The translations under genes and the position numbers were made by a program. A model generated the notes under the pieces. The model was not told where the DNA came from, did no database searches, and saw only the letters and a program-made list of their open reading frames with translations. Positions 35,323 to 45,332 of a DNA stretch of 64,000 bases are shown here, piece after piece. The DNA lies in the NCBI GenBank assembly GCA_965240325.2, contig OZ251236.1, forward strand, positions 1,426,001 to 1,490,000. The letters run 5' to 3'. The first letter of the stretch is position 1, and the number at the start of each line of letters is the position of its first letter. This DNA comes from Rebecca billardiae RCC1528 (Eukaryota > Protista > Haptophyta).

Positions 35323-36255
35323 CTACACACTCTCCTGCGTCGAGGCGATGGTGCGCACGGTCCCGCGCGCGTGGCGGCCGTCGTGCACCGGGAGCGCCGT
35401 GTGCCACCGCCGCCAGAACGCGAGCGGGCTGTGCGCCTCCGCGCGCAGCTTGAAGCGCCTGCCCCAGAACTCGAGCGGCCACTCGTGGCCATCGTACGCG
35501 CTGGGCAGCTGGAACGCGGCCTTGGCGGGGGTCACGTCGACGCAGTAGCAGTTGGGGAGCGGGGCGTTGGTCGAGGGCACCACGTCGTCCGTGTTCAGGA
35601 TCTGCTCCGCGTAGTCCACGCCCGTGCCGAACGTCCGCCGCCCGTACCCCCAGTCGAGCACGCCGCGCGCGCAGAACGGGTCGAGCAGCGTGAGCCGGAC
35701 AAACGGAGACCTGCGGCCGGCGCGCGCGCCGCGCTTGGTCGCGCGGGCACACGCGTCGGCGGCGAAGGCGCCGACGGAGACGCCGATCACGTGCACCGAG
35801 CGCACGTCCGGGCCGAGCCCGCGCACCGCGCGCGCGCAGCCCTCGCCCACCTCCTGCGCGTTGAACGCCGCCGTGAGCACGGACTGCGAGAACTCGCTCC
35901 AGTCAGGCGCGTAGTACAGCCGCGGCTTGATGCTGTGCCGGGCGTCCTGCGCTCGCACACGCGCGAGAGCCGCGCGCGTCAGCTTATCCGGACCACCCGA
36001 GCCGTGGAAGAGGAGCACCACCTCGCCGCCCCAGCCGCGCGGCGGCTTTGGCATCGGCTCGATCTGCTCCGACGGCTTGCGCACCAGTGCAGATGTGCCC
36101 ACGGCCGCATCGAACGAGGCCGCCACCATCACGGTGCCGGCGACCGAGCGTAGCGCCAGCTGCTTCAATGGAAGCGGGCGATTCGGACGGCCCGTGCGGC
36201 CGCAGACCGTCGAAAGCATTGCGAGCCACGCGAAGGCGCGCATGATCGCCCCCAT
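35323..36255 (-). CDS. Lipase-like alpha/beta hydrolase with N-terminal signal peptide
   Basis: LLFHGSGG, nucleophile elbow VHVIGVSVGAF, RLTLLDPF and a candidate catalytic His (YDGHEWP). Confidence 0.72.
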   Translation of the reverse strand: MGAIMRAFAWLAMLSTVCGRTGRPNRPLPLKQLALRSVAGTVMVAASFDAAVGTSALVRKPSEQIEPMPKPPRGWGGEVVLLFHGSGGPDKLTRAALARVRAQDARHSIKPRLYYAPDWSEFSQSVLTAAFNAQEVGEGCARAVRGLGPDVRSVHVIGVSVGAFAADACARATKRGARAGRRSPFVRLTLLDPFCARGVLDWGYGRRTFGTGVDYAEQILNTDDVVPSTNAPLPNCYCVDVTPAKAAFQLPSAYDGHEWPLEFWGRRFKLRAEAHSPLAFWRRWHTALPVHDGRHARGTVRTIASTQESV

Positions 36256-37017
36256 TGATGACCGCTGGGCGACGCGGCGAATCGTCACCGATGATCGCCG
36301 ATTCTCCGTCCGCAATTCCGCCTTAATTGTTTTTTCGCGGGATTGAGGGTGTGCCCGGCGGCGCCGCCCCCGGCCGGCGGCGTCGGTGGTCGACCACCGA
36401 CGAGGCGCCGGGGCGGCGCCTTGCGTGGACGACGCTACGACAGCCAGAGCGTACGTCTTAGCCTGCGCACGGTCCGAAGAGTCTTACAAGTCGTCAATGC
36501 ATCATCATGCCATCAGCTCCGATGGGGCCCCGTGTACGCCCGCCGATACGGGCGCGGCACTGATGAGTCTGATGCCATGATGATCAATAATAATTTGAAT
36601 GTTATTATATTAAGACGATCATCATATATAACGACGTGGCAGCATCGGACTACAAGCGTCAGGCTCAGAGTGCAACAGACACATAGAATGCGTCCGCGAT
36701 TGAATTTGATCTCGGACGGCGCCGTTCCGATCCACACTCGTGCGACTACTGCCGTGATCGGTGATGCCAAGCGCTTCAGCCCCGCACTCGTCAGCATGAC
36801 ACACGCGGCCCGAGCTAGCTGGCAGCAGCATCATGTTCATATATGATCGGGGCCGCCATCACTCATCAGCTGACCGCTGAGTTGATGCGGTAGCTTGATG
36901 GCGTTGCTTACGCCTAGGAGTAGGGTACGGTCTCGGCTCGCCGCGAGTGCTGCTCGTTGCATAGCAGGATTCAGCCACGGGCCGTGCATGCGCCGCAAGG
37001 GCCCTGCGGCAAGCGGC

Positions 37018-38292
37018 TTACGCGTCGACATCCGTCCATGGCGCCTCCGGCGCTTGTGAAGACGCCATGATGGACGACTTCCGCGTCCCGGCGCTCGCGG
37101 AGCGCCGCTTCTCGCTCGGTCGCATCCGCTTGGCGGCAGCGGCGCCGGCGGTGCGCGCGTATGTCTCGACCTTCTTCTGCGAGTCGAAGATCTGCACGTA
37201 GGGGTCGTACTCGCGGCCGTGGCGCGCGATCGAGGCGTAGTACTCCTCCAGCGTGTCACTGCCGTACCGGTCGTGCGCCTCCGTCGTGACCATGTCCTCG
37301 GAGGCGTAGTAGCGCACGATGCGCGCCGCCTCGGCCGCGTCCTCGAGCGCGTTGGCGAATGGCGTGCTGCGCGCCGCGGCCGCCAGCGCGCCGAAGAACG
37401 TGCACGCGCCGTCGAGCACCGCGATGGGCACGCGCATGATGCGGGGCGGGGGCAGCCCGACCGCCGCCGCCATCATGTTGCCCTGGTCGATCTTGCTCAG
37501 CGGCTCGCAGTCGCCGCCCAGCTCCCAGGTCCGGCCGCGCACGCCGCCCTCGGCATGCGCGGCCGTGTCGGCGCAGCTGTCGAGCATCGCGCGGGCGAGG
37601 TCGGGCTCCGAGATGGGGTTGGCGCGGATGCAACGCCCGCCGCCCAGGTCGAACACAATGAGCGACTTGCCCGCCGCGATGTTCTCGAACTGGTTGGACA
37701 GCGATTTGAAGAAGGCGGTCGGGCGGACGATGGTGTGTGAGAGCCGTGTCTCTGCCTGCAGCGCGCGCTCGGCGGCGAGCTTGGCGTGCTGGAAGGCCAG
37801 CGCGTTCGGCTCGCCGCGCTCGGCGGAGCGGACGCAGATTGCGCTGAGCAGGACGAAGTGCCGCGCCCCCGCCTCCGCCGCCGCCTCCACGCACGCCGTC
37901 GTCGCGCGCCTGTCGATCCGATCCGCCTCGCGCGGCGAGCCTGATCGGCTGGCGAGGCAGCAGACGACGACGTCCACCGAGCCCGGCGAGAGGGGCCCTT
38001 CGGGTGCCACGAGCGAGCTGCGGTCGTTCACATTCGCCTCGACGACGGACGCGCCCTCGAAGTACCGCTTCGGGGCCGTCGCTTTGGAGCGCACGACCGC
38101 AGTCGTGTGGTACCCGCGCGCGACCGCCTCTTTGACGACGGCGCGGCCGATGTAGCCGGTCGCTCCGAGCACGACGCAGCGCTCTCGTGGCGCTGCGTTT
38201 GCGACGATGGCACTGCCGCGGGCCGTGGGGCCCGCGGCGCGCCACCCCGTGGACGCGCCGAGCAGTCCGACGACTGCCACGACCAGGAGCAT
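37018..38292 (-). CDS. DVR: NADPH-dependent divinyl (proto)chlorophyllide 8-vinyl reductase (BciA/DVR-like), plastid-targeted
   Basis: VLGATGYIG, VVCCLASRSG, HFVLLSAICV, FQHAKL, IVRPTAFFKSL, PISEPDLA and YYASEDM; signal peptide plus transit-like leader. Confidence 0.88.
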   Translation of the reverse strand: MLLVVAVVGLLGASTGWRAAGPTARGSAIVANAAPRERCVVLGATGYIGRAVVKEAVARGYHTTAVVRSKATAPKRYFEGASVVEANVNDRSSLVAPEGPLSPGSVDVVVCCLASRSGSPREADRIDRRATTACVEAAAEAGARHFVLLSAICVRSAERGEPNALAFQHAKLAAERALQAETRLSHTIVRPTAFFKSLSNQFENIAAGKSLIVFDLGGGRCIRANPISEPDLARAMLDSCADTAAHAEGGVRGRTWELGGDCEPLSKIDQGNMMAAAVGLPPPRIMRVPIAVLDGACTFFGALAAAARSTPFANALEDAAEAARIVRYYASEDMVTTEAHDRYGSDTLEEYYASIARHGREYDPYVQIFDSQKKVETYARTAGAAAAKRMRPSEKRRSASAGTRKSSIMASSQAPEAPWTDVDA

Positions 38293-38616
38293 CTCGGGAT
38301 TCTCGGTGACGCTTCCCGCCCGCGCAGCGGCGCACAGCTGGCGGCACAGCGGTCTGGACCCAAAATGTGCCGGCTGGCAGTGCAAAACGCGGGCAGTTCG
38401 TGTCATTGATCATGGCTCAAAATGGCCGGCGACTAATTAATTGATCCCAAGCGGCCAACTCGCGCCGCGCGGCGCGACCGGGGGCGGCGCCTGGCTGCGG
38501 CCGGGTGGGACACTGGGACGGCGGCTGGAGCCGCTGGACTCATCAGTGACGCCCGGCCCCGCGCATGGCGTCGCCGCGCTGACGGAAGGCGGCCTCTCAT
38601 CAAGCGAAGGTCGAGG

Positions 38617-39876
38617 ATGGTGGTCGCAGCTGCCCTGGTGCTCGCCCTGTCTGTGGCGCGCCCTCTGTCTGCCAATCATCGGCCGCACATCGCCCGGTCG
38701 GTGCGCTCGCCTGCGCTGCCCGTGCGCACGCATGCTCGCGCACGTGCCGTCGCGATGACGACGACGGACGCCGCGAGCGAAGCGGTGGACGAGATCGCTC
38801 CAGTGGCATGCGACTGGGCAGGGGTCGATGGGGGGTACATGATCACATGCGACGCGAGCAGCGTGCGCGTCGCCTCCGCTGAGCGCATCATCAGCGCGTT
38901 CGGACTGTCCGACCTCGTGCAGACGCGCGTCTTCACCGCCGACCCCGAGGACAAGCTGCGCGGCTGCTACATGTCGCACATCGCCGTGCTCGAGGAGGCG
39001 GAGAGGACGTTCGGCTCGCGGGACGACTGGGCCGTCCTCGTGATCGAGGACAACATCGGCCTGAGCAAGGCCGCCACGAAGCCCGAGATCGCCGAGACGC
39101 TCGAAGGGGTGCTCCGGTACGCGCAGGCCGACCGCTCGTGGTCAATGATCCACCTCGCGTACATCATGTACGTGCCGGGGCTCTCCGTGCTGCGGGTACC
39201 CGCACGCGACGGCGCGGGCGTCCTGGAGCACGTCGTGCAGGTGAAGGTGACGGACATCCAGAGCGCGCTCGGCAACACGGCGTACCTCATCTCGAAGCGC
39301 GGCGTCGACGCGGTGCTGCGCGTGCACCGTGAGAAGGGCTTCACCGGGACGTCCATCCCCGACCTGATGGCGATGCTCTTCCCCGACAGCCGATACGCTG
39401 CGTACCCGATGCCGTTCCACCGCAGCGCCAAGATCGCGTCGATCGTCAACCCTCAGGTGCGCCGTGGCAGCACGCGCGCCCACGCACCCATCACGCCCGA
39501 GCGTGCGCTGACCGCCCACCGGCACCCTGCGCCGCGCGGCCGTTGGCGCATGCAGATGAACTCGTTCCGGCAGCTCGTCTTCCGGCCCGTGTGCACCGCG
39601 CTCTTCGAGCAGCTGCTCGTGACCACCGGCCAGCCCACCAGCGTGCTCGTCCCGTCCGCCATCGTGATGCTCTCGCTCGTCGCCCTCGCCTCCCTCGTGA
39701 ACACGGCGATCGACTTTTGGCAGCTCGCCACCGCGCCCGAAGACTTCCACGGCAACGTGCCGCTCACGGTCGCGTCCGCGCTCTTCTCGGCAGCGTGTCT
39801 CGCGGTCATCGCGACGGGTGCGGCGTTAGCGCCGGACCCGAAGAAGGCACCATCGGAGGGTGAGGCGGCCGTCTAG
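38617..39876 (+). CDS. Glycosyltransferase family 25-like protein with bipartite leader and C-terminal TM helices; in-frame intron 39457-39555
   Basis: GCYMSH, LVIEDN and GNTAYLISKRG motifs. Confidence 0.72.
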   Translation: MVVAAALVLALSVARPLSANHRPHIARSVRSPALPVRTHARARAVAMTTTDAASEAVDEIAPVACDWAGVDGGYMITCDASSVRVASAERIISAFGLSDLVQTRVFTADPEDKLRGCYMSHIAVLEEAERTFGSRDDWAVLVIEDNIGLSKAATKPEIAETLEGVLRYAQADRSWSMIHLAYIMYVPGLSVLRVPARDGAGVLEHVVQVKVTDIQSALGNTAYLISKRGVDAVLRVHREKGFTGTSIPDLMAMLFPDSRYAAYPMPFHRSAKIASIVNPQVRRGSTRAHAPITPERALTAHRHPAPRGRWRMQMNSFRQLVFRPVCTALFEQLLVTTGQPTSVLVPSAIVMLSLVALASLVNTAIDFWQLATAPEDFHGNVPLTVASALFSAACLAVIATGAALAPDPKKAPSEGEAAV

Positions 39877-40642
39877 AGTGGCGGCTGCCGTTGCTGATGA
39901 GTGTGGCAGTGCCGCCACATGGTCAGCCGGGCACGAATTCACTAGCTTACTATAGTCACGAGACACGATCTGATTGGCTTAATTCGCACTAGCTAGTAGC
40001 TACGCGTGGTCGCGTGATGACGGTCCGACCCGCGACCGACCGACGTCACTCGGTCCGCCAGACTGACGACGCCGTCCGGTAGCTACGGTAGCTGACTACG
40101 TTACCAGTACTACGTGTCCGGTGTCCGCGACGTCGACGGCCACGGGTCACGTGTCCGCAACTGTCAATTGAGCAGCATAGATGACTTACTATTATTCCGC
40201 GAGGCCGTCAGATAAAGAGTCCTGCAATTATAATAAACTTGTACCGTCCGCGCCACCACTCACCAGTACCGGTCATTGATACTAATCTGAGTAATCAGCA
40301 GACACCGGGTCACTCCGACACCGTCAGATTCTGAGTACGCTACTCTCCGATAGCCTCCGGACCGGGAGGCCCGGCCCCAGAGGGCTGAGCCTGAGGCTCG
40401 GACCGCCTCTTGCATGCATGGCCTGATGGGCCCCTAGATGCCGTGCAATTGATGCGGCCCAATGGTAGTCATGTCCGTACCGACGGACCGCGTGGCGAGT
40501 GGCCCCGATCAAGGACAGCCGCAGCGCCCTCCGCGGAGGTGCACCGTGCGGTTGAGTGAAGGAGAGGCGGCTGGCAGGCACTCCGATGCGGCTGCGCAGT
40601 GACTCTGGCCCGCAATAGAGTCGCTCGGTGACCCAGTGATGC

Positions 40643-41068
40643 CTACGCAGCATCAGCGGCCTCCTCAACGGTCGTCTGCTCGCGAGTGAGCTGCTCCACA
40701 TCTCTCAGCAAGATGTCTGGGATGCCGTTCGCTTTACCCCATTCCACGACGTTTTTGAAGCCGCGCTCGATGTAGTCCAGATTGTCGGCGATGATGTGAT
40801 GCTTGCCGCAGTGCTCGCACTGCACAAGGCACGTCCCCGTGCGGTAAACATCCGGATTGATCATCCGCACGGTGCGCCCGTCACATGCACGGCAGGTGAA
40901 CTCGCAGCGCATGGTGCGTCGGCCGAGGCGGCCAGCGCCGGAGGCATCGGCTGCCATGACGACCGAACGTGGCACACGATGCGTGCGCACGCCGGCGAGT
41001 GCGGCGTCTGCGCAGAATGGCGCGGCGGCAAGGAGGAGCACGGCGAGCGCTCGTCTGGAAGGCGGCAT
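40643..41068 (-). CDS. DNL-type zinc finger (Zim17/Hep1/Hep2 Hsp70 escort protein), probably plastid-targeted
   Basis: FTCRACDGR..YRTG..LVQCEHCGKHHIIADNL; signal peptide ALAVLLLAAAPFCADA. Confidence 0.9.
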   Translation of the reverse strand: MPPSRRALAVLLLAAAPFCADAALAGVRTHRVPRSVVMAADASGAGRLGRRTMRCEFTCRACDGRTVRMINPDVYRTGTCLVQCEHCGKHHIIADNLDYIERGFKNVVEWGKANGIPDILLRDVEQLTREQTTVEEAADAA

Positions 41069-41158
41069 GGCTGGCTTCCGCACGGCGCGCACAGCGCATG
41101 ACACCCGGACACGAGTCCGGCCTGTGCCCCCGTGGACGGCAGCGGGCAGCTGCGCACA

Positions 41159-42108
41159 ATGAAGACTCTCGTCGTGCTCCTCGCAGCGCTGCTCGCCCTG
41201 GCCTCGCGGGCAGCGGCGTGGGTGCCGGCGGGGGCGTGCACACGGTACGTGCCAACATGCGCTCAAGACCTCGCCCACGTAGGCCCTTGGGCCGACACCA
41301 GCCGCTGGAGCAGGGCGCTTCTGCCGTGATCGCCAGCGCGCTCGGCCCGTGGCTCGCTGATTGCGCGCCCCTGCCCCCATCTGCCGGGCGTGCCGCGCCG
41401 TGCCTCGCTCGACACGCACGGCGGTGGGCGTCGCCTCGCGCAGGCCCGCGAGCCGCGCCGCCTCGTCCAAGGTGGTGGACGTGCAGATGAAGAAGAAGTT
41501 GAAGGAGAACACCGAGCGGCAGGTGGTGCTCGTCCAGGACCTCGCTGCACTCGGCGAGAAGGGCGAGATCGTGACGGTGAAGAAGGCCTACTTCAGGAAC
41601 TATGTGCGCGCGGCTGCGTGCGCTCGGGCTGATCTCGCCCTGCCCGCGTGCGCTCCTCGCGCCGCGCTGCACCGCCCAGCCGCTGCGTGGGCTGACAGCT
41701 GGCGTCCTGCGCGCACGCTGGTCACGCGGCGCGCAGCTTGGCCCGTACGGCATCGCCGAGGCCGCCACGGAGGAGGTGCTCGCAAAGGCGGAAGAGCAGC
41801 GCGCTGTGCGCGAGGCGGAGATGGCGGCGAAGCTCGAGGGCGCGCGCCAGCAGGCGGCGACCATCGACGCCGTGTGCGGCTCGACCCCGATCACCATCAT
41901 GCAGCGCGCCGGCCCGGACGGCAAGCTCTTTGGCAGCGTCACGGCGGCTGAGATCTCCGAGCTCGTGGAGGACCGCACCGGCGTCGCGGTGGACAAGAAG
42001 AACATCGACGTGCCGTCCATCGGCGAGGCTGGGAGCTACGTGGTCGGGCTGAAGCTGCACCCGAAGGTCGATGCGACCATCAACATCGTCATCATCGGGC
42101 AGGAGTAA
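41159..42108 (+). CDS. rpl9: Plastid 50S ribosomal protein L9; exons 41159-41244, 41444-41603 and 41737-42108
   Basis: VVLVQDLAALGEKGEIVTVKKAYFRNYL and GKLFGSVTAAEI..IGEAGSYVVGLKLHPKV; signal peptide; two GT..AG introns keep the frame. Confidence 0.92.
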
Positions 42109-42319
42109 GTGTCACCATTCTGCGTCATAGAGAGTACCAGCGGGCTGTCACCGGCGCGCTGCCGCGGCAACCACGCCGCGCTGGGGCTCGACACACAGTC
42201 TGGCGGTCGGCCGTCGCAACTGCTGTACGCAAAGCCCATCGCCTTTTCAGACGACTGACACTGTTAGGCCGCGGTACCGCCGCCGCGCGAGTTATGCCGG
42301 CCGCGTTGCCGCCGGCCGC

Positions 42320-43251
42320 TGCCCGTGGCCGGCCTGTTTTATTTCTACCAGATTCCATTTCCTTTGTCACGGCGACAAACCCCTGCCCGCCAGTGGGAAT
42401 CGGTGTCACGCCCCGTTGGATGTACCTCTCACGGCCGATGGCGGCCCCCACGTGCGCGAGGAACGCGATTCCTGCACTCCTCGGTGACCGGTGAGTGCAG
42501 GAATCCAGTTGCGGCGCTCGTCCGCCTCGTCGTTGTCGCACACGAGGTACATCCAACACCATGGGTCGTATCCCAAAACTCTCCGCGCGCTCTGCGCCCG
42601 CGCGGCGAGCGATTGCAGGCTTGTTCTCATCATCTTGGCCAAGACTGCAGCCTGCCAGATGCGCCAGGAGACGTGTGCACACCTTTCCGCGCGTCATGGG
42701 TGCGCGTGGCACGCACCTTGTCATATTTTACGCCGAGGAGGCCTGAGCATCCGGCCTACCAACCTTCCGCGCTCACGTTCAAATGCAGGCGGCAAGCTGC
42801 ATGCAAGCGCACGCCGAACGGAAGCATCTCAAGCTCGACAAGGTAGTGGCGGCGGAGCGTTTAGAGCTGGTGGCGATTGCAGTCCATCTGGCTGTGAACT
42901 GGTCGCTAACTGACACGGGTGCGATGCAGCCAAGGCAGAGTGCTTGCAGCTTGCAGAGGGCCTGCAGCTGCGGCGGTTTGCCCGCCGCTCGCCGGCTGCA
43001 TCGTACACACTGCCGTGCACCGCGAGTGACCCCTGTGTCAAGGCGAAGCACCACGGCAAGGCGAGGCAGCATGTCTGACAACATTCTTCGCTACAGCGCA
43101 GCGCATCAACACGAAAATGCGCGAATGACGTGCCATCACTACTCCGGACTAGCTCCGGCGCCCGCACCAGCGGGCAAGCCGCCATTGTTCCGCGTTTTGG
43201 CGAATGTCGCCTTTGGGCTCTCGTAGAAATAAAACAGGCCGGCCACGGGCA
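42320..43251 (+). mobile_element. Degenerate PIF/Harbinger-like TIR element relic
   Basis: 29-bp perfect inverted repeat (42320-42348 / 43223-43251) containing GGCCTGTTTT. The internal frame-broken peptide FPRVMGARGTHLVI resembles the Harbinger FPxxxGAIDGTHIxI motif. Confidence 0.6.
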
Positions 43252-43485
43252 CGGCCCGACAGACCCACGCAGCCACGGGTGGCCGAATCACGGACTCCCG
43301 CGACTCATGAGCAGCAGTACTATGATAATAGTAGTTCTGTTTATACTCACTAGTCACTAGACACTACTTACATATCACTTTATTTACAGTGACTCCCTCA
43401 GTCTTAAGAATATAAGAGACGCATTCTCACAGCTCTGAGCTCAGGCCCGATTTAGGCCGAGGCGAGAATACGGTAGACGAGTGTA

Positions 43486-43854
43486 CTCACTTTATCTATG
43501 ATTTAACGGACACAGGAGTACGGGACGACGCGGGTCTCCTGATTCGTCGGCGGCAGTGCCCGATCGTCGACACGAAGTCGGCGTTGGTGGCAGAGCATAG
43601 CCTGCACCGCGATCGGATTGCTTGAGCGCGGCCTTGAGCTGCTGGCCAGCGCGATCCACCTGCCGCTGCGCGGCTCGCATGGCCCTGCTGTGGCCCCGAG
43701 CTACTGCGCTCAAGCCATTCGATCGCGGTTCATGATCAGGCTATGCTCTGCCACCAGCGCCGACTTCGTGTCGACGATCGGGCACTGCCGACGACGAATC
43801 AGTCAGGAGACCTACGCCGTCCTAGGTACCTGTGTCGTTAAATCATAGAATGAG
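43486..43854. mobile_element. MITE-like foldback element with ~110-bp inverted arms and probable TA TSD
   Basis: 43495-43604 is the near reverse complement of 43737-43849. Outer TA|CTCA..TGAG|TA. Confidence 0.75.
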
Positions 43855-43924
43855 TATCATGGGGGTAGTGCGTGAAAATCAGCATCGATTCATATTGAAA
43901 AAAGCCGCATCACAGAGCAGAGAA

Positions 43925-44746
43925 ATGGCGGCCTTCCCCCTCGGCAGGAACAGCTTGCGCATGCTCGTCTCCTGCGTGACCGTGGCGATGGCGACGGCGC
44001 ACGTGGCGTCCCCCCGTGTTTCGCGCAGCCGCGTGTGCCAGGTCGCGCGGAGCGGTGCCGTCGCTACTGCCAACTCCGCAGAGACCGGTGACGCTGACAG
44101 CATGGATCCGCAGCTTTTACACTTGGGCCGTCGCACGCTCGGTGTGGACTATGGCTTCAGGCGGACGGGCGTGGCGCTATCCTCGGGATACTCACCTCAG
44201 CCGATCGCCGTGCTGGAGTCAGATAGCAACAGCACGAGCGCGCAGGAGGCGCTTGTCGCCCAGCTGATGGAGCTCGCCAGACGGAACGCGTGTGAGCAGC
44301 TGGTCGTGGGCATGCCGCTCGACCAGCAGGGCGGCGAGGGCAATGACCAGTCCGTGGCGACGCGGGGGTTCGCGACGATGCTCGCGTGCGGCGCGGCGCG
44401 ATGGCGCATGCGAACGTACCTCTGGGACGAGCGCGGCTCGACCATCGAGGCGAGGCTGCGCACGAAGAAGGCCATTTCGAAGCGCTATCGCAACCTGGAG
44501 CGCGTCGATGCGCTCGCGGCCGCTGTCATCCTCGAGGCCTTCTTCGAGATGGATGGGCGCGGCGCGGAGATGATCGACGTGGAGATGCCAGCCGATCGTG
44601 CTGGCACGTCACCCGTGCCGAGCTCCGTACCGGGCAGCGCCGGCTCCGCGGGCCCCACCGCAGCCACGCCGCCAGTCTCCCCATATGCTGAGTGGCAGCG
44701 GAAGGCTCGCGAGCGCGCACGACAGCAGCGCGACAGCTCACCCTGA
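43925..44746 (+). CDS. yqgF: YqgF/RuvX-family putative pre-16S rRNA nuclease, organelle (probably plastid)-targeted
   Basis: LGVDYGFRRTGVALS, LVVGMP, WDERGST and VDALAAAVILE. An alternative ATG lies at 43961. Confidence 0.9.
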   Translation: MAAFPLGRNSLRMLVSCVTVAMATAHVASPRVSRSRVCQVARSGAVATANSAETGDADSMDPQLLHLGRRTLGVDYGFRRTGVALSSGYSPQPIAVLESDSNSTSAQEALVAQLMELARRNACEQLVVGMPLDQQGGEGNDQSVATRGFATMLACGAARWRMRTYLWDERGSTIEARLRTKKAISKRYRNLERVDALAAAVILEAFFEMDGRGAEMIDVEMPADRAGTSPVPSSVPGSAGSAGPTAATPPVSPYAEWQRKARERARQQRDSSP

Positions 44747-45332
44747 GCTTCAGAGCTGCGGGCAGTGGTCTGTGCAGTGGCCGGGCAGTCAGCGAGTCCC
44801 GGAACCGGGCGCGGCGCGGACGACTAGGCCGCGACGGTGACGCTCAGGCTTACTCACCGCGTCGGGCCGCGCACGGTCCCGGGTCTGAGCATCTCGCGCC
44901 ACTGGCACTGCGCATGAGAATGACTTATTGACTACTACTACGACGCGATAAGCGGACTGCCGATCATCCAGGCCCAGGCAGCGCCCGGGCCACGGCTCCC
45001 GACTCAAGGGCGAGAGCACTACGCATCGGAGTCGACGATCGCCCGGCCGCAGCGAGCGTGACGCCGATCCGCGTCGGATCCGCGGGAGTGGCAGGCCCGC
45101 GGGACCGCAGGCCGCTGCGGCACTCGGCTCAATACCGGCGACTATACAGTACGACTCATTCAGACATCACTTTGATGACGACTACATCAGACATGATCAG
45201 CGATATAGTCTGAGTTGATTGCATCAGCATGTTATATGCTGACAATAACGGCGCGGTCGATCAACTACACTGGACCGCGCTGCATCCTAAAAACCTATAA
45301 TGAATAATGATGACGACCGGTCATGCATATAT

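Noticed and set aside
43925-44746. YqgF as a TnpB/Fanzor-like nuclease associated with the adjacent MITE
   Set aside because: Motifs and size match ordinary organellar YqgF, it has a targeting leader, and it lies outside the inverted repeats.
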